From: Octopus bimaculoides
Lineage: Eukaryota
Length of the DNA: 39,872 nucleotides
Assembly: GCF_001194135.2 (NCBI RefSeq)
Contig: NC_069005.1
Coordinates: 6,554,131-6,594,002, forward strand
Reading direction: 5' to 3'
This document shows positions 1 to 10,115 of this stretch, in pieces; the first letter of the stretch is position 1, and each line of letters begins with the position of its first letter. A program made the position numbers and the translations under genes. The notes below the pieces were generated by a model. It did not search any database. It was not told the origin of the DNA and saw only the letters and a program-made list of their open reading frames with translations.

Positions 1-122
1 ACTGCGGAAGAGGAGTAGTAGTAGGAGGAGGAGAGGAAAAGAAGTTGGGGGTAATGTAGGAGAGGGATGAAGAACATTATTTACATTATTTACATTTGAC
101 AGATATTTGTCTTTATCTTGTT

Positions 123-168
123 AACACAACGTTTCGGCTGATATACCCTCCAGCCTTCGTCAGGCGTC
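123..168 (-). ncRNA. Minimal type I hammerhead ribozyme motif (left arm)
   Basis: Minus strand reads gacgc-CUGACGA-a-ggcug[gaggguauau]cagcc-GAAA-C-GUU-guguu: core boxes, 5-bp stem II, stem I with G-U pairs, palindromic AACGUU stem III. Confidence 0.75.
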
Positions 169-365
169 TGGGGGGGAAATTTTGAACCTGGGTTCTCATT
201 CCTAACGATGTTACTATTATTATATTATTATTATTATTACTATTATTAATCAGGTCACTGCCGTGAATCGAACTCGGAATCTTGGGGTTAGTAGCCCACG
301 CTCTTAACCACTACGCCATATGTAACATCGTTAGGAATGAGAACCCAGGTTCAAAATTTCCCCAA

Positions 366-411
366 GACACCTGACGAAGGCTGGAGGGTATATCATCCGA
401 AACGTTGTGTT
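366..411 (+). ncRNA. Minimal type I hammerhead ribozyme motif (right arm)
   Basis: gacac-CUGACGA-a-ggcug...caucc-GAAA-C-GUU-guguu; one mismatch in stem II; predicted cleavage after position 406. Confidence 0.7.
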
Positions 412-1382
412 AACAACAAACAAGATGAGGACAAATATCTGTCAAATGTAAATAATGTAAATAATTCCTCATCTCTTAAATATAGAACTGGGGATGAAGA
501 AATTAAGTAGAAGAGGGTGCAAGAGGTGGAGAAGGAAAGAATAAGAAAAAAGAGGAGGAGCCCAGGATTGAGAAGATTTGATGAATTGTTGCATAAATGG
601 TGAAATATTTGAAGATATTTCTCCCTCCATACATACACACAAACACACACAGAATATTTTTTAAAAGTTACTGTATAAAAAATATATTGTCAACATCAAC
701 GAAAAATGTTTTAAAAGAAGAAATAAAAAGTAAATAAAATAAACTCCGAATAGAAGAAACAAAACAAAAAATGCGGAAATATTTGTTTTACAAAAAAAAA
801 AAGGGAGAAAAAAATCAACATACAAATATACATACATATATATATATATATATAATTTGTAGATTAAAAGGCAGCCAACTGTTGGAACTCGTTTACATAT
901 TAGGAGGCGAGTAACGACATTCCAAATTGGTTTGCTTGAATAATTGTGGAGAACTTTTTTACATGAAACCATTGGTTGCCTTGTTAATCTACAAACAACA
1001 AATATTTACCCACCAATGTGGCATTGAGCACTCATTCTCATTATTCGATACTATNNNNNNNNNNNNNNNNNNNNNNNNNNNNNNNNNNNNNNNNNNNNNN
1101 NNNNNNNNNNNNNNNNNNNNNNNNNNNNNNNNNNNNNNNNNNNNNNNNNNNNNNNNNNNNNNNNNNNNNNNNNNNNNNNNNNNNNNNNNATGTATATATA
1201 GGTTTGGCGGAACGAACACAAAACAGGCCTCAATTCATGTGTATACATATTCTTTTTTAATCAGCAGAAAAGTTACAGACATAACCCAAAAGTTTCATTT
1301 TTATATGTATGAAACATTCAGCCTTTGAGTCACTTACATAACATTTTGACTGATTAAAAAGTTATATATATATACATATAAA

Positions 1383-1760
1383 GGTGCAGGAGTGGCTGTG
1401 TGATGATAAGCTTGTTTCCCAACAACATGGTTCCGGGCTCAGTCCCACTGTGTGGAACCTTGGGCAAGTGTCTTCTAAAATACCCTCCGGCCAACCAAAG
1501 CCTTACGAGTAGATTTGGTAGATGGAAACTGAAAGAAGCCTGTTGTATATAAAGATAAATATTTGAGTGTTTGTGTTTGTCTCCCCACTATCATTTGACG
1601 ATCGATGTTGGTGTGTTTGCATCCCTGTAACTTAGTGGTTCGGCAAAAGAGACCGATAGAATAAGTACCAGGCTTACAAAGAATAAGTCCTGGGGTTGAT
1701 TTGTTCGACTAAAACCCGTTAAGGTGGTGTTCCAGCATGGCCACAGTCAAATGACTAAAA
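1383..1760 (+). mobile_element. SINE family A (tRNA-like head, CCTTGGGCAAGT CORE-like box, internal microsatellite)
   Basis: Near-identical to many other copies in the window. Confidence 0.85.
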
Positions 1761-1799
1761 GAATATATATACATATATATACACACACATGCACACATA

Positions 1800-1805
1800 T
1801 TTATT
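1800..1805 (-). terminator. Candidate polyadenylation signal AATAAA for the FAM234-like mRNA
   Basis: First AATAAA I noticed on the minus strand after the stop, about 175 nt downstream. Confidence 0.4.
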
Positions 1806-1980
1806 AAATAAATGCTGAAAATTTGCAGGAAACAGAAAAAAATGGGTTTTTTTTTTTTTTCAACTAAACAAGACAAGAAGCAAAATAAACGTAACTATAA
1901 CAATAAAAAGAAACAAAAGGAAGCAAAAACAAAAAAAATATCTCAAATTCTCCCCACCCCGCCTACCAGTTCCCTGGAAT

Positions 1981-2387
1981 TTAAAGCAGAACAACCAATA
2001 ATGTAAAAAGAACAACTAAATAGTACAAAACTCTGCTACGTCTCGACATTGTGTTTCCTCCGTCACTCAGGTGTTGGCGACGGTAGATGCCAGTCTGTTT
2101 ACTACCAAAATACTCGTTCCATACTTGTTCCCGTTGAGGTACAAAGTGTGTCGATTCAAGGCTCTTGTCATGCTGTTTGCCCCCTTGCCCCTCATTCACC
2201 AGTGATGCAAACATCCTGATGGGTACCGACTTTCTGGAGCGATTGGATGGCATCAAGGTCTTCTTATACAGAGTCATATTCTGCCAGAAGAGTGGGCAGT
2301 TGGATTTTGTATCCATTACCTCCATAGCCAGATTGGTCAAGCTTATATAATCCGGTTGATTATCTCCGTCCACATCACCAATGGCTC
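1981..2387 (-). CDS. FAM234B: FAM234-like terminal exon 14 (GAIGDVDGDNQPDY...QVWNEYFGS...VLYYLVVLFTLLVVLL*)
   Basis: ttgacag acceptor; open frame to TAA at 1981-1983; last DxDxD motif and the WxxYxG C-terminal motif. Confidence 0.92.
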
Positions 2388-2590
2388 CTGTCAAGTAGAA
2401 AATTCACGACAACATGATCAATAAGATGATAGCAATTCTCGGATCATGAACATTTATAGTTTATCTTTAAAGGTAAGGGGGGGACATTTGAGTCAGTGGC
2501 GGAAAATTGTTGGGGTTGGAAAGCTACATTGAAATAGCGGGCGCCAACTACCATCTTAAAAGGCTGCCAGATCTAACATTTTAAAAATTT

Positions 2591-2760
2591 GCACTGGCAT
2601 GGCTGTGTGGTAAGAAGTTTGCTTACTAAATATATAGCTATGGGTTCAGTCTCACTGTAAGGCACCATGGGCAGTTGTCTTCTACTATAACTCTGGGCCA
2701 ACCAAAGCCTTGTTATTTGATTTGGTACATGGAAACAGAAAGAAGCCTGTTGTGTTTGTA
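2591..2760 (+). mobile_element. SINE family A, 5' portion
   Basis: Similarity to 14607-15010. Confidence 0.75.
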
Positions 2761-2859
2761 TGTATGTATGTATATATATATATTGTATGTATATATATAT
2801 ATATATATATATATNNNNNNNNNNAGCCTGTTGTGTTTGTATGTATGTATGTATATATA

Positions 2860-3195
2860 TCATCATCATCGTTTAACGCCCGCTTTCCATGCTTGCATGG
2901 GTTGGATGATTTGACTGAGGACTGGTGAAACCCGATGGCTACATCAGGTTCCAATCTGATCTAGCAGAGTTTCTACAGCTGGATGCCCTTTCTAACGCCA
3001 ACCACTCCGAGAGTGTAGTGGGTGCTTTTACGTGCCACCAACACAAGGGCCAGTCACGTGGTACTGGCAACAGCCACGCTCAAAATGGTGTTTTTTACGT
3101 GCCACCTGCACAGGAGCCAGTCCTGCGACACTGGCAACGAACTTGCTCGAATGGTTTTCTAACGTGCCTCCGGCACAAGTGCCAGTAAGGCGACG
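2860..3195 (-). mobile_element. Retroposon family C: (GAT)n tail, internal about 60-bp repeated units (GCCAGT...ACTGGC...GGTGGCACGTAAAA)
   Basis: Further copies at about 9812-9935, 10116-10430, 11960-12235, 12535-12770 and 15630-15807. The same 3' end occurs at about 24630-24770 (+). Confidence 0.8.
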
Positions 3196-3202
3196 CTGTT
3201 AT

Positions 3203-3284
3203 ATGTACCATACTGTCACATGTACCATGCAGTCACATGAACCATGCAGTCACATGTACCATACAGTCACATGTACCATGCAGT
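3203..3284. repeat. 17-bp tandem repeat ATGTACCATGCAGTCAC x about 5
   Basis: Directly visible. Confidence 0.9.
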
Positions 3285-3357
3285 GTGATTGGTTAAGCAA
3301 CAGCAGTAACACAACATCAAAGACCAGTGACACCCACCCACCCATTCCAGTACTCAC

Positions 3358-3420
3358 CTGTGCCACGACCAAAGGGTTTAGCAACAGCACACTGATTGTC
3401 TGTCGATGGAGACGGCGAAT
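3358..3420 (-). CDS. FAM234B: FAM234-like exon 13 (YSPSPSTDNQCAVAKPFGRGT)
   Basis: ttgctag acceptor and G|gtgagt donor; 63 nt, phase 1-1; joins to give GTGAIGDVDGD. Confidence 0.85.
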
Positions 3421-3811
3421 CTAGCAAAAGAGGGAAAATAAAATTTCAAATTTGATAAAATTAATTTTAGTAACACACAGACTACCTGTAGCTACAGCTG
3501 ACATTAAGGATCAACACCCCGCCACCACCACCATGCCCATAATCAAGTAAGTCGTTAGCCAATAGTCTAGAGGGCCCAGTACACTTGGCTGTATAGAGGT
3601 ACCACAAATGTTATTACTGAGGTTTTAGTGGTTTTAGTCATCAGATCACGGCCATGCTGCAGATATATCTTCAAAGTTTCTAGATTATCATATTGAGCCC
3701 TGTATACACGTTTTTGTTTTGCAAACAAGACAAGAAGTACTCAATACCTGGTGCAGAATTTGTATTTATTAAGAACCAAGTAATGTATTCCTCTGTTCTA
3801 TATATAATGGC

Positions 3812-4200
3812 TGTGGAGGCGCAATGGTTCAGTGGTTAGGGCAGCGGACTCGCGGTCATAGGATCGTGGTTTCGATGCCCAGACTGGGCATTGTGAGTGT
3901 TTATTGAGTGAAAACACCTAAAGCTCCATGAGGCTCCGGCAGGGGATGGTGGCAAACCCTGCTGTACTCTTCCACCATAACTTTCTCTCACTCTTACTTC
4001 CTGTTTCTGTTGTGCCTGTATTTCAAAGGGTCAGCCTGTCACACTGTGTCACGCTGAATATCCCCGAGAACTACGTTAAGGGTACACGTGTCTGTGGAAT
4101 ACTCAGCCACTTGCACGTTAATTTCACGAGCAGGCTGTTCCGCTAATCGGATCAGCCGGAACCCTCGACGTCGTAAGCGACGGAGTGCCAACAACAACAA
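3812..4200 (+). mobile_element. SINE family B (tRNA-like head, 3' hairpins, (CAA)n tail) with TSD TATATAATGGC
   Basis: TSD at 3801-3811 and 4201-4211; A/B boxes in head. Confidence 0.92.
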
Positions 4201-4835
4201 TATATAATGGCAAGCTTGCAGAATCATTAGTGCATTGTACGAAATGTTTAGAGGCATTTCTTCAAGGTTTTTTGAAATTGTGAGTTCAAATCCCACTGAG
4301 ACTGACTTTTGCTTTTCGTCCTTTCAGGGTTACTTAAATAAGAACTAGTTGAGCAGTGGAGCTGATGTAATTGGCTAGGTCCCTACCCAACCCAAAATTT
4401 CACAGCTTCTATCTTGACCCAGGGTTTTAAGGTACCCACCAGGGCCACTCAACCTCAGAATCAAGGACACCCCCTCCTTATAAACATATTCAGACCAGCC
4501 ATTAACAAGAGAAAGGAACTACATGAAACAGACTGGTTACCCTAGCAACTCAGTCTGCATACATCACCTTCCTCCTTCCTCTCCCACACACCTGAGCAAT
4601 GACTATCCCATTCCTCGCTTTTTCCAGATGTCCTGAAGAGGAGTCATAACCCCAAAATATAGAAATACAAAGTAAAACTGCAACCTTATTTCCTTTTGTT
4701 TTCCTTTTTCTTTAGTAGATAACTTCGTGGTTTCTTGTATTGTTTCAGCCTCACACAACAAATCCCTTTGTAGGAAACACTTGCCCAAGGTACCATGCAG
4801 TGGGACTGAATCTGAAACCATGTGGTTAGGAGTAA

Positions 4836-5170
4836 AGGAGTAAAGATCCCCTTCGGTCATGAATGACAATGGGATTGCATCAAAAATGTTCCCCTCTGAG
4901 GCACAAGTCTGGGCAAGGCTGTTTATGGAAGACCAGCAGTCACCGATACATACCAGCCTCACCTCCCCACACCAATGTTATCCAAGGGAAAGGCAAAGGC
5001 TGATACAGCTTGGCACCAGTGACATCGCAACTCATTTCTACAGCTGAGTTAACTGGAGCAACATGGAATAAAGTGTCTTGCTCAAGAACACAACACAGTC
5101 CAGTCTGAGAATTGAACTCACTACCTCATGATTGTGAACCTGATGCTCTAACCACTGAGCCATGCGCCTG
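4836..5170 (-). mobile_element. SINE family I (tRNA-like head GGCTCAGTGGTTAG, TTGAGCAAGACACTT CORE-like box)
   Basis: Related copies at about 26165-26300 (+) and 32880-33050 (-). Confidence 0.75.
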
Positions 5171-5387
5171 TGCTTAGGAAATATATATATGTTCAAACTG
5201 GCCATATCCAGCTTCTCACACGTACCCTACAATGTCATTCTAAAAATAACCAATCACCTTATTGTAATTTCAAAGCTACAAGATAATACAATGAATAAAT
5301 AAGCATTACATTTGACAGAGAAATCCAAATGCTAAAGGGTTAACAATAATAACAACAACATCAATGAATGAATCTAAAAATTCTCAC

Positions 5388-5480
5388 AGGAATATTTATT
5401 TTCTGCCAATTGAATGGGTTTGTCCATGTTGCTTCGGTCCATGATGAAAACTTCTTCAGTGATTGCTGACTGTGAAGTTA
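5388..5480 (-). CDS. FAM234B: FAM234-like exon 12 (TSQSAITEEVFIMDRSNMDKPIQLAENKYS)
   Basis: ttgtgcag acceptor and T|gtgaga donor; 93 nt, phase 1-1. An alternative AG would start the exon at 5469. Confidence 0.82.
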
Positions 5481-5688
5481 CTGCACAAATTAAGAAGTAG
5501 CCAGCCGGAGATATGAAGAAAGGTGATTGATTTTGAGGTAAATGGGCTGAAATAAATAAACGAATAAATAAATAGCCAGATAGATTTATTAAAAGAACTT
5601 CTTTAAAAAATTTGCTTCCCAACTACTACGTTCCAGACTCAATGAGTGGATTTGGTAAACAGAAACTGAAAGAAGCCCATCGTGCATG

Positions 5689-6060
5689 TGTTGTTGGCAC
5701 TCCGTCAGTTACGACGAGGGTTCCAGTTGATCCGATCAACGGAACAGCCTGCTCGTGAAATTAACGTGCAAGTGGCTGAGCACTCCACAGACACGTGTAC
5801 CCTTAACGTAGTTCTCGGGGATATTCAGCGTGACAAGGCTGGCTCCTTTGAAATACAGGTACAACAGAGAAGGACGAGAGAGTGAGAGAAAGTTGTGGTG
5901 AAAGAGTACAGCAGGGTTCGCCACCATCCCCTGCCGGAGCCTCGTGGAGCTTTAGGTGTTTTCGCTCAATAAACACTCACAACACCCAGTCTGGGAATCC
6001 AAACTGCGATCTTATGACCGCGAGTACACTGTCCTAACCACTGGGCCATTTCGCTTCCAC
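5689..6060 (-). mobile_element. SINE family B, adjacent to a family A fragment (about 5600-5685)
   Basis: Reverse complement of 3812-4200. Confidence 0.9.
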
Positions 6061-7873
6061 TTCCGTGCGTGTGTGTGTATGTATGTATGTATGCTCTTGT
6101 CTTGACTTCAGGAGTAAGTTGTAAGCAGGCGCCACAAAAGTGATGGTTGTTTACAACCTTGAACAATACCACGAAAGTGCCAGTACACCACATTAGATAA
6201 TTTGAGAAGCACTGTAGGAGACACTTGCCCAAGCTGCCACGCAGTGGGACTGAACCCAGAACCATGTGGTTGGTAAAGCAAGCTACTTATCACACAGCCA
6301 CTCCTGAACCTGTTTGCATACTCTTAGTTGATTCTTGACTACAGCAGAAAACAACTGCCCCTAGTGTCTGTGGTGGGACGAACGCCACACCCATCTAGTT
6401 CTTTATATGTTTTCTTGTTTCAGTCATTGAACTACAGCCATGCTAGGGCACTACCACCAAAAAGGGTTTAGGTTCAGTCAAACAAATTGACCCTGGTACT
6501 TATTCTGTCAGACATTTATTTTTTTTGTTGAACAAGAGGTGGTAAGGACAAACACAGACACAACAGCATGTGAGTGTGTGTGTTCTATCAGACATTCTTT
6601 TTTGGTCAAACTACTAAGTTGCTGGGACATAAACAAACCAACATTGGTTATCAGGAAGTGGTAAGGACAAACACAAAGACACACACAACAGGCGTGCGTG
6701 CGCGCGCGCGTGTGTGTGTGTGTGTGACAGGCAAGCTGTTCCACAAAGTGATTGAACTCAGAACCATGTGGTTGGGAAAGAGATTGTGTTGTGAGCAGAT
6801 TTTGTCTTTCTTTGCAAAGTGTGTTTGTATGCAAGCGAGTTACCATCACTAAAATTTCTTTAATTAAACGAAATTCAATTTCATGTTGGAAACCTCACAT
6901 GTGTGCACATACTTTTCCTTTGCCAGTTTTAAAATGCAAAACACACTGCGTGTGCACATACAAGCGGACAGAAGAAACACTGGGTTTTGTTAACAAAGTT
7001 TTAGCCAACAGTGTAACAGCCAAACACACACACACACACACAGAACTATAAGTAAACAAACACTTACAAGAATCTGGATAAGGTCTGTTATCTTCAACCG
7101 GCTACAAGAAAGAGAGAGAGAGAAAGACAGATTATTGATTGGCATTAGTAACATGGAACTATCAAAGGAGCTAAAAATAGTAGCCCTAAACTCAACTCTG
7201 TCTACTGTCTTAAAAAGAGGTTACATTAAATAATCTAGTCCAATGCTCCGCAACCTTTCTTCACTTGTGGTACATTTATATTCTTTTCCAAATTTGGTGA
7301 CACACCTGAACTAAAAATATAATTAAAAGTATAGGGAAAGAAAATTATATTCAGGTTACACTGTGGCACATGTAGCATGACACAGTAGGGGGTGTGGAGA
7401 ATGAGGGGTGGGGATCACTAGCCAAAAACAACATCGCTTCAGCCTGACATTGAGAATAAAGGGACAGCAAATTAGTCCTGTGGAATTCACTTCATGGTGA
7501 TGTAAGAAGAGGAAAATATTGTCACACTGATATTGACCACTTGATTGCAGACACTGGCCTCGGATGTATCTGGGACCTAAAGGCAGTGATGGTGGACTGA
7601 ACAATGTGGTGGGTGGACTTTGTTGCTGCAGCCCAGATTGGAACCGAGCCATAATAAATAATAAGGCCACATTGTCACTCGCTTCCGTGCGTGTGTATGT
7701 ATGTATGTATGTATGTATGTATGCTCTTGTCTTGACTTCAGGAGTAAGTTGTAAGCAAGCGCCACAAAAGTGATGGTTGTTTACAACCTTGAACAATATC
7801 ACGAAAGTGCCAGTACACCACATTAGATAATTTGAGAAGCACTGTAGGAGACACTTGCCCAAGCTGCCACGCA
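6061..7873 (+). repeat. About 185-bp dispersed direct duplication (6061-6244 and 7684-7873)
   Basis: Only about 2 substitutions plus microsatellite length differ. Confidence 0.9.
7068..7101 (-). CDS. FAM234B: FAM234-like exon 11, 34-nt microexon (PVEDNRPYPDS)
   Basis: Long pyrimidine tract ending cttgtag and T|gtaagt donor; phase 0-1, which exon 12 needs if it uses its first AG. Confidence 0.75.
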
Positions 7874-8146
7874 GAAATAGACAGGACAGTGCAGGCTGTT
7901 GAACTGCATATCCATATGACTCACCACAATATGCCCAAACTGTGAAACATGGGTCTCAGACATAGTGTAAACACAGCTAATGCACCTGTTCTGTGGTCGA
8001 CTGATTATCTAGGGAGCACGGGGCTGCTTGATTACTTCTGAAAATGGAGAGGGAGAGAGCCTCTATGCAGTTGCTCAAACTTCTAAGAATGGCAGCCAAA
8101 TATTTTCTTCAAATAATTGTCTAAGAAGAGGAAGGACAATTCAGAC

Positions 8147-8304
8147 CAGTGGTTCCCAACCTGTGGCCTGTGGACCCCTGGTGGTCTGTTGAAGTAGTAC
8201 AGGGGACCAGTGAACATGTTAAGCTGACAGACCTTTCAATATCTTGGGGTCCGTGGGAAAATTCATTCAAATTAAAGGGGTAGTGAAAAGGTTGGGAACC
8301 ACTG
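8147..8304. mobile_element. hAT (Charlie-like) MITE, 158 bp, TIR CAGTGGTTCCCAACCT
   Basis: Perfect 16-bp TIRs; 8-bp flanks are degenerate (ATTCAGAC / CATTAGAT). Confidence 0.85.
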
Positions 8305-8428
8305 CATTAGATGCTATAGTCTACAGATATACAGGATAAAACAAGGTGGTCCTGGTTGGAACACCTTTGATCATTGTCTGCTATGTGAGGACTGACTTTA
8401 AACTAAATGACATCTGCTCAGAGCATAT

Positions 8429-8823
8429 TTTGTTGTTGTTGTTGGCACTCCATCGCTTAAAACGTTGAGGGTTCCAGATGATCCGATCAACGGAACAGCC
8501 TGCTTGTGAAATTAACGTGCAAGTGGCTGAGCACTCCAACAGACACGTGTACCCTTAATGCAGTTCTCAGGGATATTCAGCATGACACAGAGTGTGACAA
8601 GGCTGACCCTTTGAATTACAGGCACAACAGAAACTGGAAGTAAGAGTGAGAGAAAGTTGTGGTGAAAGAGTACAGCAGGGTTCGCCACCATCCCCTGCCA
8701 GAGCCTCGTGGAGCTTTAGGTGTTTTCGCTCAATAAACACTCAGAACGCCCGGTCTGGGAATCGAAACCACGATCCTATGACCACGAGTCCGCTACCCTA
8801 ACCACTGGGCCATTGCACCTCCA
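8429..8823 (-). mobile_element. SINE family B with 12-bp TSD CTCAG(A/G)GCATAT
   Basis: TSD at 8417-8428 and 8824-8835. Confidence 0.92.
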
Positions 8824-8865
8824 CTCAGGGCATATAGAATATGAGAAAGAAAAACAGCAACTTAC

Positions 8866-9057
8866 AGAATCTGTAGGAATGATATCAGCTAGGTCTTTGT
8901 TGTGCACAAGAATATCTCCATCGCGATTAAATGTTTTGAATACAAAGACGTCACGCTGATGTTCGACTGTTTGTAAGGTGAGATCAGAGGTGAATGAAGG
9001 AAATGATGAGGCCATTTTCCAGAGTATTGTTCCATCTTTACCACTGACCACCATCAC
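8866..9057 (-). CDS. FAM234B: FAM234-like exon 10 (VMVVSGKDGTILWKMASS...RDVFVFKTF)
   Basis: tctag acceptor and TCT|gtaagt donor; 192 nt, phase 0-0. Confidence 0.9.
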
Positions 9058-9159
9058 CTAGACGGGATATAGAAGCAAAGAGAATGGTATAGTCAGTCAA
9101 CTCGTTAGCATTTAAATTGGTCATACCCGACCCAAATATTCTGTTTGTTTTATGTTCAA

Positions 9160-9162
9160 ACT

Positions 9163-9195
<33 letters not shown>

Positions 9196-9290
9196 ACAGC
9201 AGCAGTAGCAACAGTAGTAGTAAAAGCAGCAGTAGTAGTAGAAGCAGTAGTAGCAGTAGAAGCAGCAGCAGTAGTAGTAGTAGTAGTAGT
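9160..9290. repeat. (AGT/AGC)n trinucleotide microsatellite
   Basis: Directly visible. Confidence 0.9.
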
Positions 9291-9460
9291 CAGAAATATT
9301 GGGTCATAATGGTATTGATTAGTTCAATGCACAGTGGTTTGTAGTGGTCAACATAAGAGAATGGTGAGTATTGGTCAGTGGAAGGCAGAAGTGGGGGTAT
9401 GGGTCACTAAAACAAATGGTGTTGTGTTTCGGTCGAGAGAGAGAGGCCAGAAGAACTTAC

Positions 9461-9554
9461 CATGGAATATGTGTAATACGGCCAGGTACCAAAATTGAGA
9501 TGCAGCATGAAATCCAGGTAGGCATCATCGTTGAAGTAACCAGGGGCTGGAATA
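9461..9554 (-). CDS. FAM234B: FAM234-like exon 9 (SIPAPGYFNDDAYLDFMLHLNFGTWPYYTYSM)
   Basis: ctcag acceptor and ATG|gtaagt donor; 94 nt, phase 2-0; PAPGYFNxD motif typical of FAM234. Confidence 0.92.
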
Positions 9555-9754
9555 CTGAGAGAAATACGACAGTGATACAGAGGACGAAACAGAACAGTAG
9601 TGGGGGTAAGAGCGAGAAGGGGGGGGTCACTAGAAGTGTTGAGATCGATTGAGCTTGTAGTGGGTGGGGGGGGGGTCATAGACAGCCAATTCAAGACACA
9701 GCATTTATTGTCTTCAGGTCCACCAAATTTATAATAATAATACTCTCCAAATAT

Positions 9755-10044
9755 GAGCGAGTGCTGAAAAGTTCCTGGCTTTGGGTAAAAGAAAATACAG
9801 GAGGATCAGTTCATCATCATCATCGTTTTAACGTCCGCCTTCCATGCTAGCATGGGTTGGACGATTTGACTCAGGACTGGTGAAACCAGATGGCTACACC
9901 AGGCTCCAATCTGATTTGGCAGAGTTTCTACAGCTTTTATTTAAGCCCATAAAAGAACTCGGAAGGTCAGGCCTCCAAGTAGGCCTTTCAGGATACCCTT
10001 AAAACCAGGAACTTTTCAGCCCCTGCCCCTTGTAATGTATCTGC
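9755..10044 (-). mobile_element. Mariner-derived MITE family G, interrupted by family C (about 9812-9935)
   Basis: GCTGAAAAGTTCCTGG TIR; the two halves match 29637-29858. Confidence 0.75.
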
Positions 10045-10115
10045 ACAACCATGTTTCCAACAACAAGCTTAGGCCCCTTTTTTGAATTTCATATGACTAA
10101 CACTCATGGACATGC

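Larger units (their letters stand above)
75..490. mobile_element. Family D retroposon: tRNA-like head + (TAA)n + Penelope-like tail with hammerhead, in fold-back arrangement
   Basis: Inverted arms 76-214 and 322-465. Minus-strand tRNA-like head at about 252-322 with A box TGGCGTAGTGG and B box GAGTTCGATTC. 11-bp direct repeat GGGATGAAGAA at 64-74 and 491-501. Confidence 0.85.

Noticed and set aside
252-322. tRNA-like sequences (also 3814-3890, 5090-5170 and other heads)
   Set aside because: No complete acceptor stem, and each is fused to a SINE body, so they are not called tRNA genes.
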